Of a stretch of DNA of 32,000 bases, positions 25,025-32,000 are shown piece after piece. The notes under the pieces are model-generated. The model made no database searches. It was not told the origin of the DNA and was given only the letters and a program-made list of their open reading frames with translations. A program made the translations under genes and the position numbers. The DNA is from Streptomyces sp. SX92 (lineage in GTDB: Bacteria > Actinomycetota > Actinomycetes > Streptomycetales > Streptomycetaceae): contig NZ_CP132593.1 in the NCBI RefSeq assembly GCF_030845235.1, positions 2,186,082 to 2,218,081 of the forward strand, read 5' to 3'. Positions within the stretch are counted from its first letter, which is position 1. Every line of letters starts with the position of its first letter.

Positions 25025-25330
25025 GCGTGCCACCTTCCTTCCGCCTTCCTTCCGTCGCCGCGACGAATGGCGCGGAATGGCGTGCCGTTAGCCTGCCACA
25101 GCCGTGGCGGCCGACCGCACCGGGCACCGGCCCACCGGGCGGGGCGGAAAAATCCGGCCGACTCTTTTCGGTCGTTTCCCGGATCATGGTGGAGGCGAAC
25201 CGTGTGCGGCAGCAACGCAATTCGGCCAGGCTGCCGCCTTAATGGGGTGCGCCTGCCCGGCGGATTCACCGAACAGATACAAGCGGAACGCCAGCATTTC
25301 GGCCACAGATCAGAAACAGGGTGACCGGTC

Positions 25331-25360
25331 TTGTGATCACTTCGGAACGCCGGTTAGAGT
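25331..25360 (+). promoter_or_regulatory. Putative promoter for the moeGT5-GT2-GT3 operon
   Basis: TTGTGA (25331-25336), an 18-nt spacer, then TAGAGT (25355-25360), in the 460-bp lower-GC divergent gap. This is a pattern match only. Confidence 0.3.
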
Positions 25361-25493
25361 ACGCCCCGTCGAAATCAGCGCATTCCACGCATTGTGCGGC
25401 GGGCGCCTCGACGGTGAATTCCCCTTCGTCCGCGGTAATCCGGCGGAGGGCCGGAACGGGCGGTGCACGGGTTCGGCCGACGAAGGGACACGG

Positions 25494-26636
25494 ATGCGCG
25501 GGGGCACCGGAGGCGGACGTGTGGCGTGGCAGCGCGCGGTGGCCCGCGGCTTCGATCCGCCGCCCGCGCCGCGGACCCCGGTGACCCTGGTCCGCTCGGG
25601 CGAGATCCGGGAGGATCCAGGGCCCCTGCCCTCCGGCGGACTCGGCGTGCTGCTGCCGACCTATGTGGCGCGCTGCGACCGGGCCGCGCAGGAGACCGCG
25701 CTCGACCATCTCCTCGACGCCCTCGACGACGTCCGACGGGCCCGTCCCGAACTGCCGCTGACGGTCTGGTTGGGCATGCAGTACGGCCCCGGCGAACAGG
25801 CGGAGGCCCTGGACCGGCTGCGCGGGCTGACCCGGTCCACCGCACTGCCCCTCGTCGGCTTCGCACTGCCCGGACCGGGGAAGATCCGCACGATCAACGC
25901 GGCCCTCGAACTGGCCCGCCCGCTCGGTCACGACGGCTGGCTGTGGACCGACGACGACGTCGAGTTCGGCCCCGGCTGCCTGGCCCGGCTCGTCGACCGC
26001 TTCCACGAACGCGGCCGCACCGGTGCCGTCGGCGCCCGTCTCGTCGCCCTGCCCCGCGCCTCGGCCACCTCCCGCACGATGGACCGGGTCTCCGGCGTCA
26101 CGGTGCCGCCCGGCGCCCTGCCGGCGGCGGCCTGCATGCTCGTCGCCTCCGATGTGCTCGCCGGGGGCATCCCGGCCCGGCGGCTCGCCGACGACGGCCA
26201 TGTGCTCTTCGAACTCCTCGACCCCGACGCGGCCGACCCCCTGCACGCCCTCGAAGTGGTGCCCGACGCCCACGGCAGCTTCTACCGCGTCGCCCGCACC
26301 TCGGACACCCTGCGCCGGCTGCGCCGCTCCCTGTACAGCCATGTCACCTGCACGGCCGACTACCCGTGGCCGACTGCCCGCACCTACCTCACCGGCACCC
26401 TGTTCCACGGCCTGTGGCCGCTCGCCGCCTGGGACGGCAGCGGCGGCACGGTACGCGGCCTGAAGCGCTGGACCGTCAAGGCCGTGCACCTGACCTGGTT
26501 CTGCGCGGTCGCCGCGCAGCTCGCCGCGCGCGGTGCGGCGGGCCGCCCGTTGCGGCAGGTGGCCTGGGGCGACGAGGGCGACTTCCGCAGCCCGGCCGCC
26601 GAGACGCGGCCCGCCGCGGCGCACACCGGACGCTGA
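25494..26636 (+). CDS. moeGT5: Glycosyltransferase, GT-A-like, paralogue of the moeGT4-like gene (moeGT5-like)
   Basis: This is the 3' part of track ORF 25104..26636. The ATG at 25494 is preceded by GAAGGGA. It shares ARGF.PP, LPTYV, LPGPGK.RT.NAA, W.DDDV, PGCLA and DDG..F.LLDP blocks with the 17751..19022 product. The start is uncertain because GC3 is already fairly high upstream. Confidence 0.7.
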   Translation: MRGGTGGGRVAWQRAVARGFDPPPAPRTPVTLVRSGEIREDPGPLPSGGLGVLLPTYVARCDRAAQETALDHLLDALDDVRRARPELPLTVWLGMQYGPGEQAEALDRLRGLTRSTALPLVGFALPGPGKIRTINAALELARPLGHDGWLWTDDDVEFGPGCLARLVDRFHERGRTGAVGARLVALPRASATSRTMDRVSGVTVPPGALPAAACMLVASDVLAGGIPARRLADDGHVLFELLDPDAADPLHALEVVPDAHGSFYRVARTSDTLRRLRRSLYSHVTCTADYPWPTARTYLTGTLFHGLWPLAAWDGSGGTVRGLKRWTVKAVHLTWFCAVAAQLAARGAAGRPLRQVAWGDEGDFRSPAAETRPAAAHTGR

Positions 26637-26719
26637 CACGGGACGGCCGCCTCGCTCGGCGGCCGTCCGCACGCCCACACAGGCGGTCGCCGGCAGCGGC
26701 GGCCCGGAAGGGAGACACC

Positions 26720-27538
26720 GTGCGGACACCGGCACAGACTCACGCGGCGGTCACCGTCGTCCTGCCCCACTACGACTGCGCGGACTACGTGGGCCAGGCG
26801 GTCGGCTCGGTCCTCGCCCAGGACCGGCCCGACCTCCGCCTCGTCGTGGTCGACGACTGCTCGCCCGACGAGGCGTGGACCGCGGCCCTGCGCCCGTACG
26901 CCGGGGACCCGCGGCTGACCGTGCTGCGGACCTCCGAGAACGTCGGCCATCTGCGCATCAAGAACAAGGTGCTGGAGACCGCGGACACCCCCTACATCGC
27001 CTTCCAGGACGCCGACGACATCAGCATGCCCGGCCGGCTGCGCCATCAACTGGCCCTGCTGGAACGGGGCAAGGCGGATCTGGTGGGCTGCGCCTACGAG
27101 TACATCGACGCGTCGGGCCGGGGCACCGGCCGACGCCGAATGCCCCGCAACGGCAACCTGTGGATGCGACTGGGCCGCTCGACGGTGCTCCTGCATCCCT
27201 CGTCGGTCGTGCGCCGCGAGGTGCTGGAGCGGCTCGGCGGCTTCGACGGCACCGTCCGGCTGGGCGCCGACACCGACTTCCATCTGCGGGCGGCCCGGCT
27301 GTACCGGCTGCGCAGCGTCCGCAGCGTCCTGTACCGGTACCGGATCTGGCCGCAGTCCCTGACCCAGGCGCCCGAGACCGGGTTCGGGTCGGCGCAGCGC
27401 CGGTCCTACACCGAGGCGATGAACGCCCAGGAACGCCGTCGCCGCGAGGCCCGCACCCGCGAGGAACTGCTCCCGCTGCTGGTCGCGCCGCCCAACGACG
27501 TCGACTTCCGCCTGGAGCCCGTCGCGGTGGGCGGCTGA
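26720..27538 (+). CDS. moeGT2: Family 2 glycosyltransferase (moeGT2-like)
   Basis: This is the 3' part of track ORF 25463..27538. The GTG at 26720 is preceded by GGAAGGGAGA. GT2 signature VTVVLPHYDCADYVGQAVGSVLAQ...LVVVDDCSPD and FQDADD. Confidence 0.8.
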   Translation: MRTPAQTHAAVTVVLPHYDCADYVGQAVGSVLAQDRPDLRLVVVDDCSPDEAWTAALRPYAGDPRLTVLRTSENVGHLRIKNKVLETADTPYIAFQDADDISMPGRLRHQLALLERGKADLVGCAYEYIDASGRGTGRRRMPRNGNLWMRLGRSTVLLHPSSVVRREVLERLGGFDGTVRLGADTDFHLRAARLYRLRSVRSVLYRYRIWPQSLTQAPETGFGSAQRRSYTEAMNAQERRRREARTREELLPLLVAPPNDVDFRLEPVAVGG

Positions 27539-27540
27539 CG

Positions 27541-28992
27541 GTGACACCCACCGAACCCCCCGCGATCGGGGTCGTCGTCGCGGCTCCGGACGGCATCTGG
27601 GAGCCGGCGGTGCGCGGCCTGCTCGGCCAGTCCGCGCCGCCCGCGGCCGTCACCGTGGTGACCCCGGCGGCCCCCTCCCCCGGCCCCCGGCTGCGCTTCG
27701 TGCCCTGCACTCCTGACACGGCCGCCGCGACCTGCGTCGAGGCCGCACGCGCCCTGTCCACCGCGTACGTCGCCTTCCTCCACGGCCGCGACGAACCCCT
27801 GCCCCCCTGGCTGCGCCACCTGGCCGGAGCCGCCCGCGACGGCGCGGGCCTCGTCACCTGCGGCACGCTCCGGCTGCGCCCCGACGACCTCGTCGACGGC
27901 ATCACCCTGACGCCCGGACTCGACGGCGCCGCCTACGCCGTACGCCGTGATCTGCTGGGTACGACGGGCCGGACGGCGGCACACGTCGTGGTGCCGCGGC
28001 TGCTGGTGCGGCGCCGCGGTGACGACGGGGCCGCCACCGTGTCCGCGGCCCGTGCCGCCGGAACGGCGCTGGTGGGGGGTGTCCGCCTGACCGCCGCCGT
28101 GGCCGAGCCCGCCCCGGCCGGCCCCCGCCGCGGGCGCGCCCCGGACCTGGTGTCCGTGGTGATCCCCGTCCGCGACGGCGCGCTCACCCTGCCGGCGCAG
28201 TTGCGCGCGCTCGCCGCCCAGGAGTACCCGGCCGACTGGGAGGTCCTCGTCGTCGACAACGGCTCGACCGACGCGACCCGCGAGGTGGCGGAGAAGGCCC
28301 GCCCCGACCTGCCCGGGCTGCGGGTCGTCGACGCGGGCGAACGCGCCGGCGAGGGCTACGCGCGCAACCGCGGGATCGCCGCCGCCCGCGGCGACCTCAT
28401 CGCGTTCTGCGACGCGGACGACGTCGCCGACCCCGGCTGGCTCGCCGCGCTCACCGCCGCCGCGCGGGACGCGGACCTGGTGGGCGGCAGCCTGGACAGC
28501 AGCGTCCTCAGCCCCGCCTACGCCGACGAACAGCCGATGCCGATGACCGAGCAGACGGACTTCCTGCCCTTCGCGCGCGGTGCCAACTGCGCCGCCTGGA
28601 AAGACGTGTTGAGCACGATCGGCGGCTGGGACGAGCGGTACCGGGGCGGCGGCGAGGACATGGACCTGTCCTGGCGGGCCCATCTGTGCGGCTACCGCGT
28701 CGGCTACGCGCCCGACGCCCGGATGCACTACCGGCTGCGCGCCGAACTCACCTCGCTGGCCCGGCAGAAGTGGAACTACGGCAGGTCCGGCGCCCGCCTG
28801 TACGCCGCCTACCGCCACGCCGGCTTCGAGCGCCGGGACGGCCGGACCGTCCTGATGAACTGGTCCTGGCTCCTGCTGCACACCCCTGACCTGGCCCGCT
28901 CCCCCACCCTGCGCCGCCGCTGGATCCGCTACGGCGCCCGCCTCTCCGGCTTCCTCGCCGGCAGCGTGGAACGGGGCGTCCGCTACCTCTGA
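27541..28992 (+). CDS. moeGT3: Two-domain glycosyltransferase: degenerate N-terminal GT-A-like half plus canonical C-terminal GT2 domain (moeGT3-like)
   Basis: This is the 3' part of track ORF 26533..28992. The GTG at 27541 lies 2 nt after the moeGT2 stop. High GC3 runs throughout. The C-terminal domain has VSVVIPVRDG...VLVVDNGSTD...FCDADD...GEDMDLSWR. The N-terminal roughly 190 aa (IGVVVAAPDG...VAFLHGRDE) resembles a GT2 domain that has lost its DxD. Confidence 0.7.
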   Translation: MTPTEPPAIGVVVAAPDGIWEPAVRGLLGQSAPPAAVTVVTPAAPSPGPRLRFVPCTPDTAAATCVEAARALSTAYVAFLHGRDEPLPPWLRHLAGAARDGAGLVTCGTLRLRPDDLVDGITLTPGLDGAAYAVRRDLLGTTGRTAAHVVVPRLLVRRRGDDGAATVSAARAAGTALVGGVRLTAAVAEPAPAGPRRGRAPDLVSVVIPVRDGALTLPAQLRALAAQEYPADWEVLVVDNGSTDATREVAEKARPDLPGLRVVDAGERAGEGYARNRGIAAARGDLIAFCDADDVADPGWLAALTAAARDADLVGGSLDSSVLSPAYADEQPMPMTEQTDFLPFARGANCAAWKDVLSTIGGWDERYRGGGEDMDLSWRAHLCGYRVGYAPDARMHYRLRAELTSLARQKWNYGRSGARLYAAYRHAGFERRDGRTVLMNWSWLLLHTPDLARSPTLRRRWIRYGARLSGFLAGSVERGVRYL

Positions 28993-29017
28993 CGCCCCGC
29001 TCCACGCCCGCGCCGCC

Positions 29018-29941
29018 CTACGACAGCTGCGACTGCACCTGGGACGAAATCAGTTCCAGGTGGTCCAGGTCGGAGAGGTCGAGGATCTGGAGGTAGAGGC
29101 GCCGGGAGCCGATCTTCGCGTACCGGCCGATCTTGTCGACGACCTCGTCCGGGGTGCCGGCCAGGCCGTTGGCCTTCAGCTCGGGCACCTCGCGGCCGAT
29201 GGCGGCGGCGCGGCGGGCCACCTCCTGGTCGTCCTTGCCGACGCAGACGACGAGGGCGTTGGAGTAGGTGATCTCGTCCGCCGCGCGGCCGGCCTCCTCG
29301 GCGGCGGCCCGGACCCGGCCGAACTGGCGCTCGCTGTCCTCGATCGAGCCGAACGGCATGTTGAACTCGTCGGCGTACCGCGCGGCCAGCCGCGGGGTGC
29401 GGGTCGCCCCGTGGCCGCCGATGAGCACGGGAACCTTCGGCTGCGCGGGCTTGGGCAGCGCGGGCGAATCCTTGAGGTCGTAGTACTCGCCGTGGAAGTC
29501 GAAGGTCTCGCCGACCTCCGTCGCCCACAGCCCGGTGACGATCGCCAGCTGCTCCTCCAGACGGGCGATCTTCTCCTTCGGGAACGGGATGCCGTACGCC
29601 GTGTGCTCCTCCTCGAACCAGCCCGCGCCCAGGCCGAGTTCGACGCGGCCGCCGGACATCTGGTCGACCTGCGCGACCTGGATGGCGAGCACACCGGGGA
29701 GGCGGAAGGTTCCTGCGGTCATCAGCGTGCCCAGCCGGATGCGCCGGGTCTCCCGGGCGAGGCCCGCGAGGGTGACCCAGGCGTCGGTGGGGCCGGGGAG
29801 ACCGTCCCCGTCGCCCATCTTCAGGTAGTGGTCCGAGCGGAAAAATGCGTCGAACCCCAGGTCTTCCGTGGCCTTGGCGACGGCGAGGAGGGTGTCGTAC
29901 GTGGCGCCCTGCTGGGGCTCGGTGAAGATGCGGAGATCCAT
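29018..29941 (-). CDS. LLM-class (luciferase-like) F420-dependent oxidoreductase
   Basis: MDLRIFTEPQQGATYDTLLAVAKATEDLGFDAFFRSDHY and GRVELGLGAGWFEEEH are typical of this family. I chose the ATG at 29941 within track ORF 29018..29968. Confidence 0.75.
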   Translation of the reverse strand: MDLRIFTEPQQGATYDTLLAVAKATEDLGFDAFFRSDHYLKMGDGDGLPGPTDAWVTLAGLARETRRIRLGTLMTAGTFRLPGVLAIQVAQVDQMSGGRVELGLGAGWFEEEHTAYGIPFPKEKIARLEEQLAIVTGLWATEVGETFDFHGEYYDLKDSPALPKPAQPKVPVLIGGHGATRTPRLAARYADEFNMPFGSIEDSERQFGRVRAAAEEAGRAADEITYSNALVVCVGKDDQEVARRAAAIGREVPELKANGLAGTPDEVVDKIGRYAKIGSRRLYLQILDLSDLDHLELISSQVQSQLS

Positions 29942-29971
29942 GCACCCATCATGCATGTAGCCACTCACGCC

Positions 29972-30586
29972 TCAGGACTCCGGCAGGGTCACGGAGAACA
30001 GCGGACCCTCCGCGTTCGGGTCCTCGGACCCGTTGTAGCTCACCGTGCCGCCCTTGCGGCCCACGTCGAGGACGAGATACCCGGTGGCCGACTGTCCCGG
30101 CCGGTAGGTCGCGTCGAGGGCCCGCCCGTCGCCGGAGCCGGCCGGCGTGGAGGCGTCCTGGGAGGCCGTGTCGGTGTCCTGCCACTCCATGACGCCGTAC
30201 GTCATGACCATCGCGGGAGCGTCGCCGATGTTCTTCAGCCTGAGCGACAGCTTGACGAACTGCCCGTTCTCCGGCCCGCTCCCCACGTCCACCTCGTCCG
30301 GTGTCACGTACTCGGCGCCGACGACCTCGACGGACATCCTCGACGTGACCTTGTAGGTCTCGCCGTCCGCGCCCAGTTCGCCGGTCTCGAACTCGCCCTT
30401 CTCCCCGACCTTCAGGACGGGACCGGCGGAGGACACCTTCCCCGACGACGCGTCCTTCTCGGCGGCGGGCGGTGCCGAGGCGTCCGGCTCCGGTCTCGCC
30501 GTCAGCGCGTCCGACGTACATCCCGACAGCAGAACGGCGGACAACAGCACGGCCGGCACGCGGGCACGGCGAACGTAGGCGCGCAT
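29972..30586 (-). CDS. Secreted lipoprotein, unknown function
   Basis: The ATG at 30586 is preceded by GGGGGGAAG. The signal peptide has a lipobox: MRAYVRRARVPAVLLSAVLLSGC. The rest is low-complexity Ala/Pro/Ser followed by a beta-rich domain. Confidence 0.65.
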   Translation of the reverse strand: MRAYVRRARVPAVLLSAVLLSGCTSDALTARPEPDASAPPAAEKDASSGKVSSAGPVLKVGEKGEFETGELGADGETYKVTSRMSVEVVGAEYVTPDEVDVGSGPENGQFVKLSLRLKNIGDAPAMVMTYGVMEWQDTDTASQDASTPAGSGDGRALDATYRPGQSATGYLVLDVGRKGGTVSYNGSEDPNAEGPLFSVTLPES

Positions 30587-30870
30587 GGCGCTTCCCCCCA
30601 GTCTCGGTGGCCCTCCCTGGCCACACGGAGTAGAAAGCGTAAGGCACGGGCGGTAGATGCTCCGGCGGCGGCGCCCTTGTCCCCGGTCGGGTGAAAATCC
30701 GTCAACGCCGCACGCGGGGGGCGACCTCGCCAGTGACCCGCCCGGGTGGTGATCGTTGGCTCGGGCGGAGCCGGACCGTCCGGCGCCCCGCCACCGGACG
30801 GTCGCCGCCGGGGCGTCATCCCTCACCCGCGTCGGCCTCCCCTCGGGGGCCTTGGGCCTAGGAGGCCGTC

Positions 30871-31041
30871 ATGTCCGAAGAAACCGTGCCGCTCGCTGCG
30901 GGGGCCGGACAGCCGAAGGGGCTGTTGCAGCAGATGGAGGAGCTGATGGCGGCGCTGAACGCGGACCTGTCGGCCCTGGACGCGGATCTTCAATCGGCCG
31001 GGGGGAGCGAGCGGAGGGTTGGTGCGGAGGAGCGGGACTGA
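30871..31041 (+). CDS. Small hypothetical protein (56 aa), below the ORF-track size cut-off
   Basis: The ATG at 30871 lies 5 nt after a perfect AGGAGG. It translates to MSEETVPLAAGAGQPKGLLQQMEELMAALNADLSALDADLQSAGGSERRVGAEERD. Third-position GC is high and the helical heptad-like core looks coding. Confidence 0.4.
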   Translation: MSEETVPLAAGAGQPKGLLQQMEELMAALNADLSALDADLQSAGGSERRVGAEERD

Positions 31042-31145
31042 TCCTCTGGGGTCGACCTGTGCACGGGCCTGTTGGCGACGGGGGTTGGCTCGTTCGCCAG
31101 CAGCTCGGGCGGAGCAGGCAGGCGAGGGTGACCGCACCCACCTAA

Positions 31146-31215
31146 GGGGCGCGGGGAACTGCGCGACCAGCCCCCACTCAGCCGCAGACGAACAACCGCG
31201 CCCACAACCACCGCA
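31146..31215. repeat. Streptomyces intergenic repetitive element (GGGGCGCGGGGAACTGCGCGACCAGCCCC... type)
   Basis: The sequence ggggcgcggggaactgcgcgaccagcccccactcagccgcagacgaacaaccgcgcccacaacc lies in a convergent intergenic gap. I recognise this motif from memory as a dispersed intergenic repeat of Streptomyces genomes. Only one copy is in this window, so copy number cannot be confirmed here. Confidence 0.45.
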
Positions 31216-31218
31216 CCG

Positions 31219-31677
31219 CTACGCGGGTAACGCCTCATCCCGGTCCGTCAGCTTCCGCAGCATCTCCACGACCCGATCCCGCGCCTCGTCCGCCGCGTCG
31301 ATCGCCTCCATGCACTGCCAGTACGTCCGCTCGTCGTCCGCCGCGGAGGCGAGGCCGACGAGGGCGATGCCGACCTCGCCGAGGAGGCCGCCGAGGCAGA
31401 GCAGAGCCTGCCGGGCGTCGCCCAGTTCGGTGAGCTGGGCCGCCCGCAGGGTCTCGGTGTCGATGTCGGGGGGATCGAGCACCCCGCAGCCCCGGCCCGC
31501 CAGTTCGGTCAGGCCCAGGGCCTCGCCTCTGAGTTCGGGCGGGCCGGAGACCGCGAGGCGGCTGCCTATCGCCTGGGCCAGGGCCTGCGCCTGCCATATC
31601 TCCGCCATGATCTGCGGCGCCCCGCCACTCCCCGCCAGGGCACGCCTGCTCGTCACGATGAGCCGCACCGCGTCCAT
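31219..31677 (-). CDS. Hypothetical protein
   Basis: Track ORF 31219..31737 (-). High GC3. The ATG at 31677 (MDAVRLIVTSRR) has a G-rich stretch upstream, while the GTG at 31737 has no RBS. TTA codon at 31228-31230. I recognise no motif. Confidence 0.5.
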   Translation of the reverse strand: MDAVRLIVTSRRALAGSGGAPQIMAEIWQAQALAQAIGSRLAVSGPPELRGEALGLTELAGRGCGVLDPPDIDTETLRAAQLTELGDARQALLCLGGLLGEVGIALVGLASAADDERTYWQCMEAIDAADEARDRVVEMLRKLTDRDEALPA

Positions 31678-31851
31678 GCGCTGCCCCCGTCTGCTCCCGA
31701 CGCGCCTCGGCACGTCCGCCCGAACTCCCTTGTCCACTACCCAGAGTGAGGGCGCCTGAGACGAAAAACCAGAGGAAGGCGGAAATCTTCGGACAACGAA
31801 TCGGTTTCGGACAGGCGAACAACTCCGGAGAGTGATAACGGAGTTGAGGAT

Positions 31852-32000
31852 TCTACGGCGCCGGGAACCTCCGCTCGTTCCGGTCGATCTTCGCGTCCAG
31901 GGCGGCCAGCGGGTCGATGCCGAGCACCTCGCACAGTTGCAGCAGATACGCCAGCACGTCGGCGACCTCGTCCGTGACGCGGTGCGCCGTGTCCGGGTCG
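31852..32000 (-). CDS. MazG-like nucleotide pyrophosphohydrolase (C-terminal fragment; the gene continues beyond the right edge)
   Basis: My reverse translation gives ...HRVTDEVADVLAYLLQLCEVLGIDPLAALDAKIDRNERRFPAP*, which resembles the C-terminal helix pair of MazG/dCTP-pyrophosphatase-type proteins. TAG stop at 31852-31854. Confidence 0.5.

Noticed and set aside
25065-25082. AdpA boxes (TGGCSNGWWY) in the divergent promoter regions (also scanned 5106-5307, 10143-10490 and 23476-23617)
   Set aside because: Only partial matches were found (best 8/10 at 25068-25077). That is not enough to call by eye and needs a PWM scan or binding data.
29060-30694. 544-aa plus-strand ORF across the LLM oxidoreductase and lipoprotein genes
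   Set aside because: It is a shadow frame. The minus strand encodes a recognisable LLM/F420 family protein and a lipobox-containing lipoprotein.
31789-31820. TTCGGACA direct repeat sharing GGACAAC with the 23-bp repeat core
   Set aside because: It is a short 7-8-mer match expected by chance in 64 kb of two-strand sequence. The context is unrelated.

Overview
This is high-GC (about 70%+) Streptomyces-type actinomycete DNA with dense coding. Many long ORFs in the supplied track are antisense 'shadow' frames, so calls were made from motifs, GC3 bias, RBS and start context, and stop/start overlaps.

Left flank (1-3418, minus strand): a Pnkp-Hen1 RNA-repair operon. pnkp runs off the left edge and is absent from the ORF track.

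Core (about 3.5-29.0 kb): a 21-gene moenomycin-family phosphoglycolipid biosynthetic cluster. As far as I can recall, its gene order is collinear with Streptomyces ghanaensis moe cluster 1: moeB5, A5, D5, J5, E5, F5, GT1, H5, K5, GT4, M5, N5, O5, X5, P5, GT5, GT2, GT3. The proteins are clearly diverged orthologues, not the reference sequence.

Deviations from the remembered reference:
- An extra 360-aa gene for a squalene-hopene-cyclase-like protein with QW motifs sits between moeO5 and moeX5, directly upstream of the two isoprenoid genes moeO5 and moeN5.
- A 4.5-copy 23-bp tandem repeat fills the gap between that gene and moeO5.
- No moeR5/moeS5 deoxysugar genes follow moeGT3.
- The 5-aminolevulinate synthase and acyl-CoA ligase pair looks intact, but no amide synthetase is present.
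- TTA (bldA-dependent) codons lie in the ALA synthase, the moeJ5-like transporter and the cyclase-like gene.
- No cluster-situated regulator is present.

Right flank (29.0-32.0 kb): an F420-type LLM oxidoreductase, a lipoprotein, a small unlisted ORF with a perfect RBS, a hypothetical protein and a partial MazG-like gene.

No rRNA, tRNA, CRISPR array or transposase was seen.
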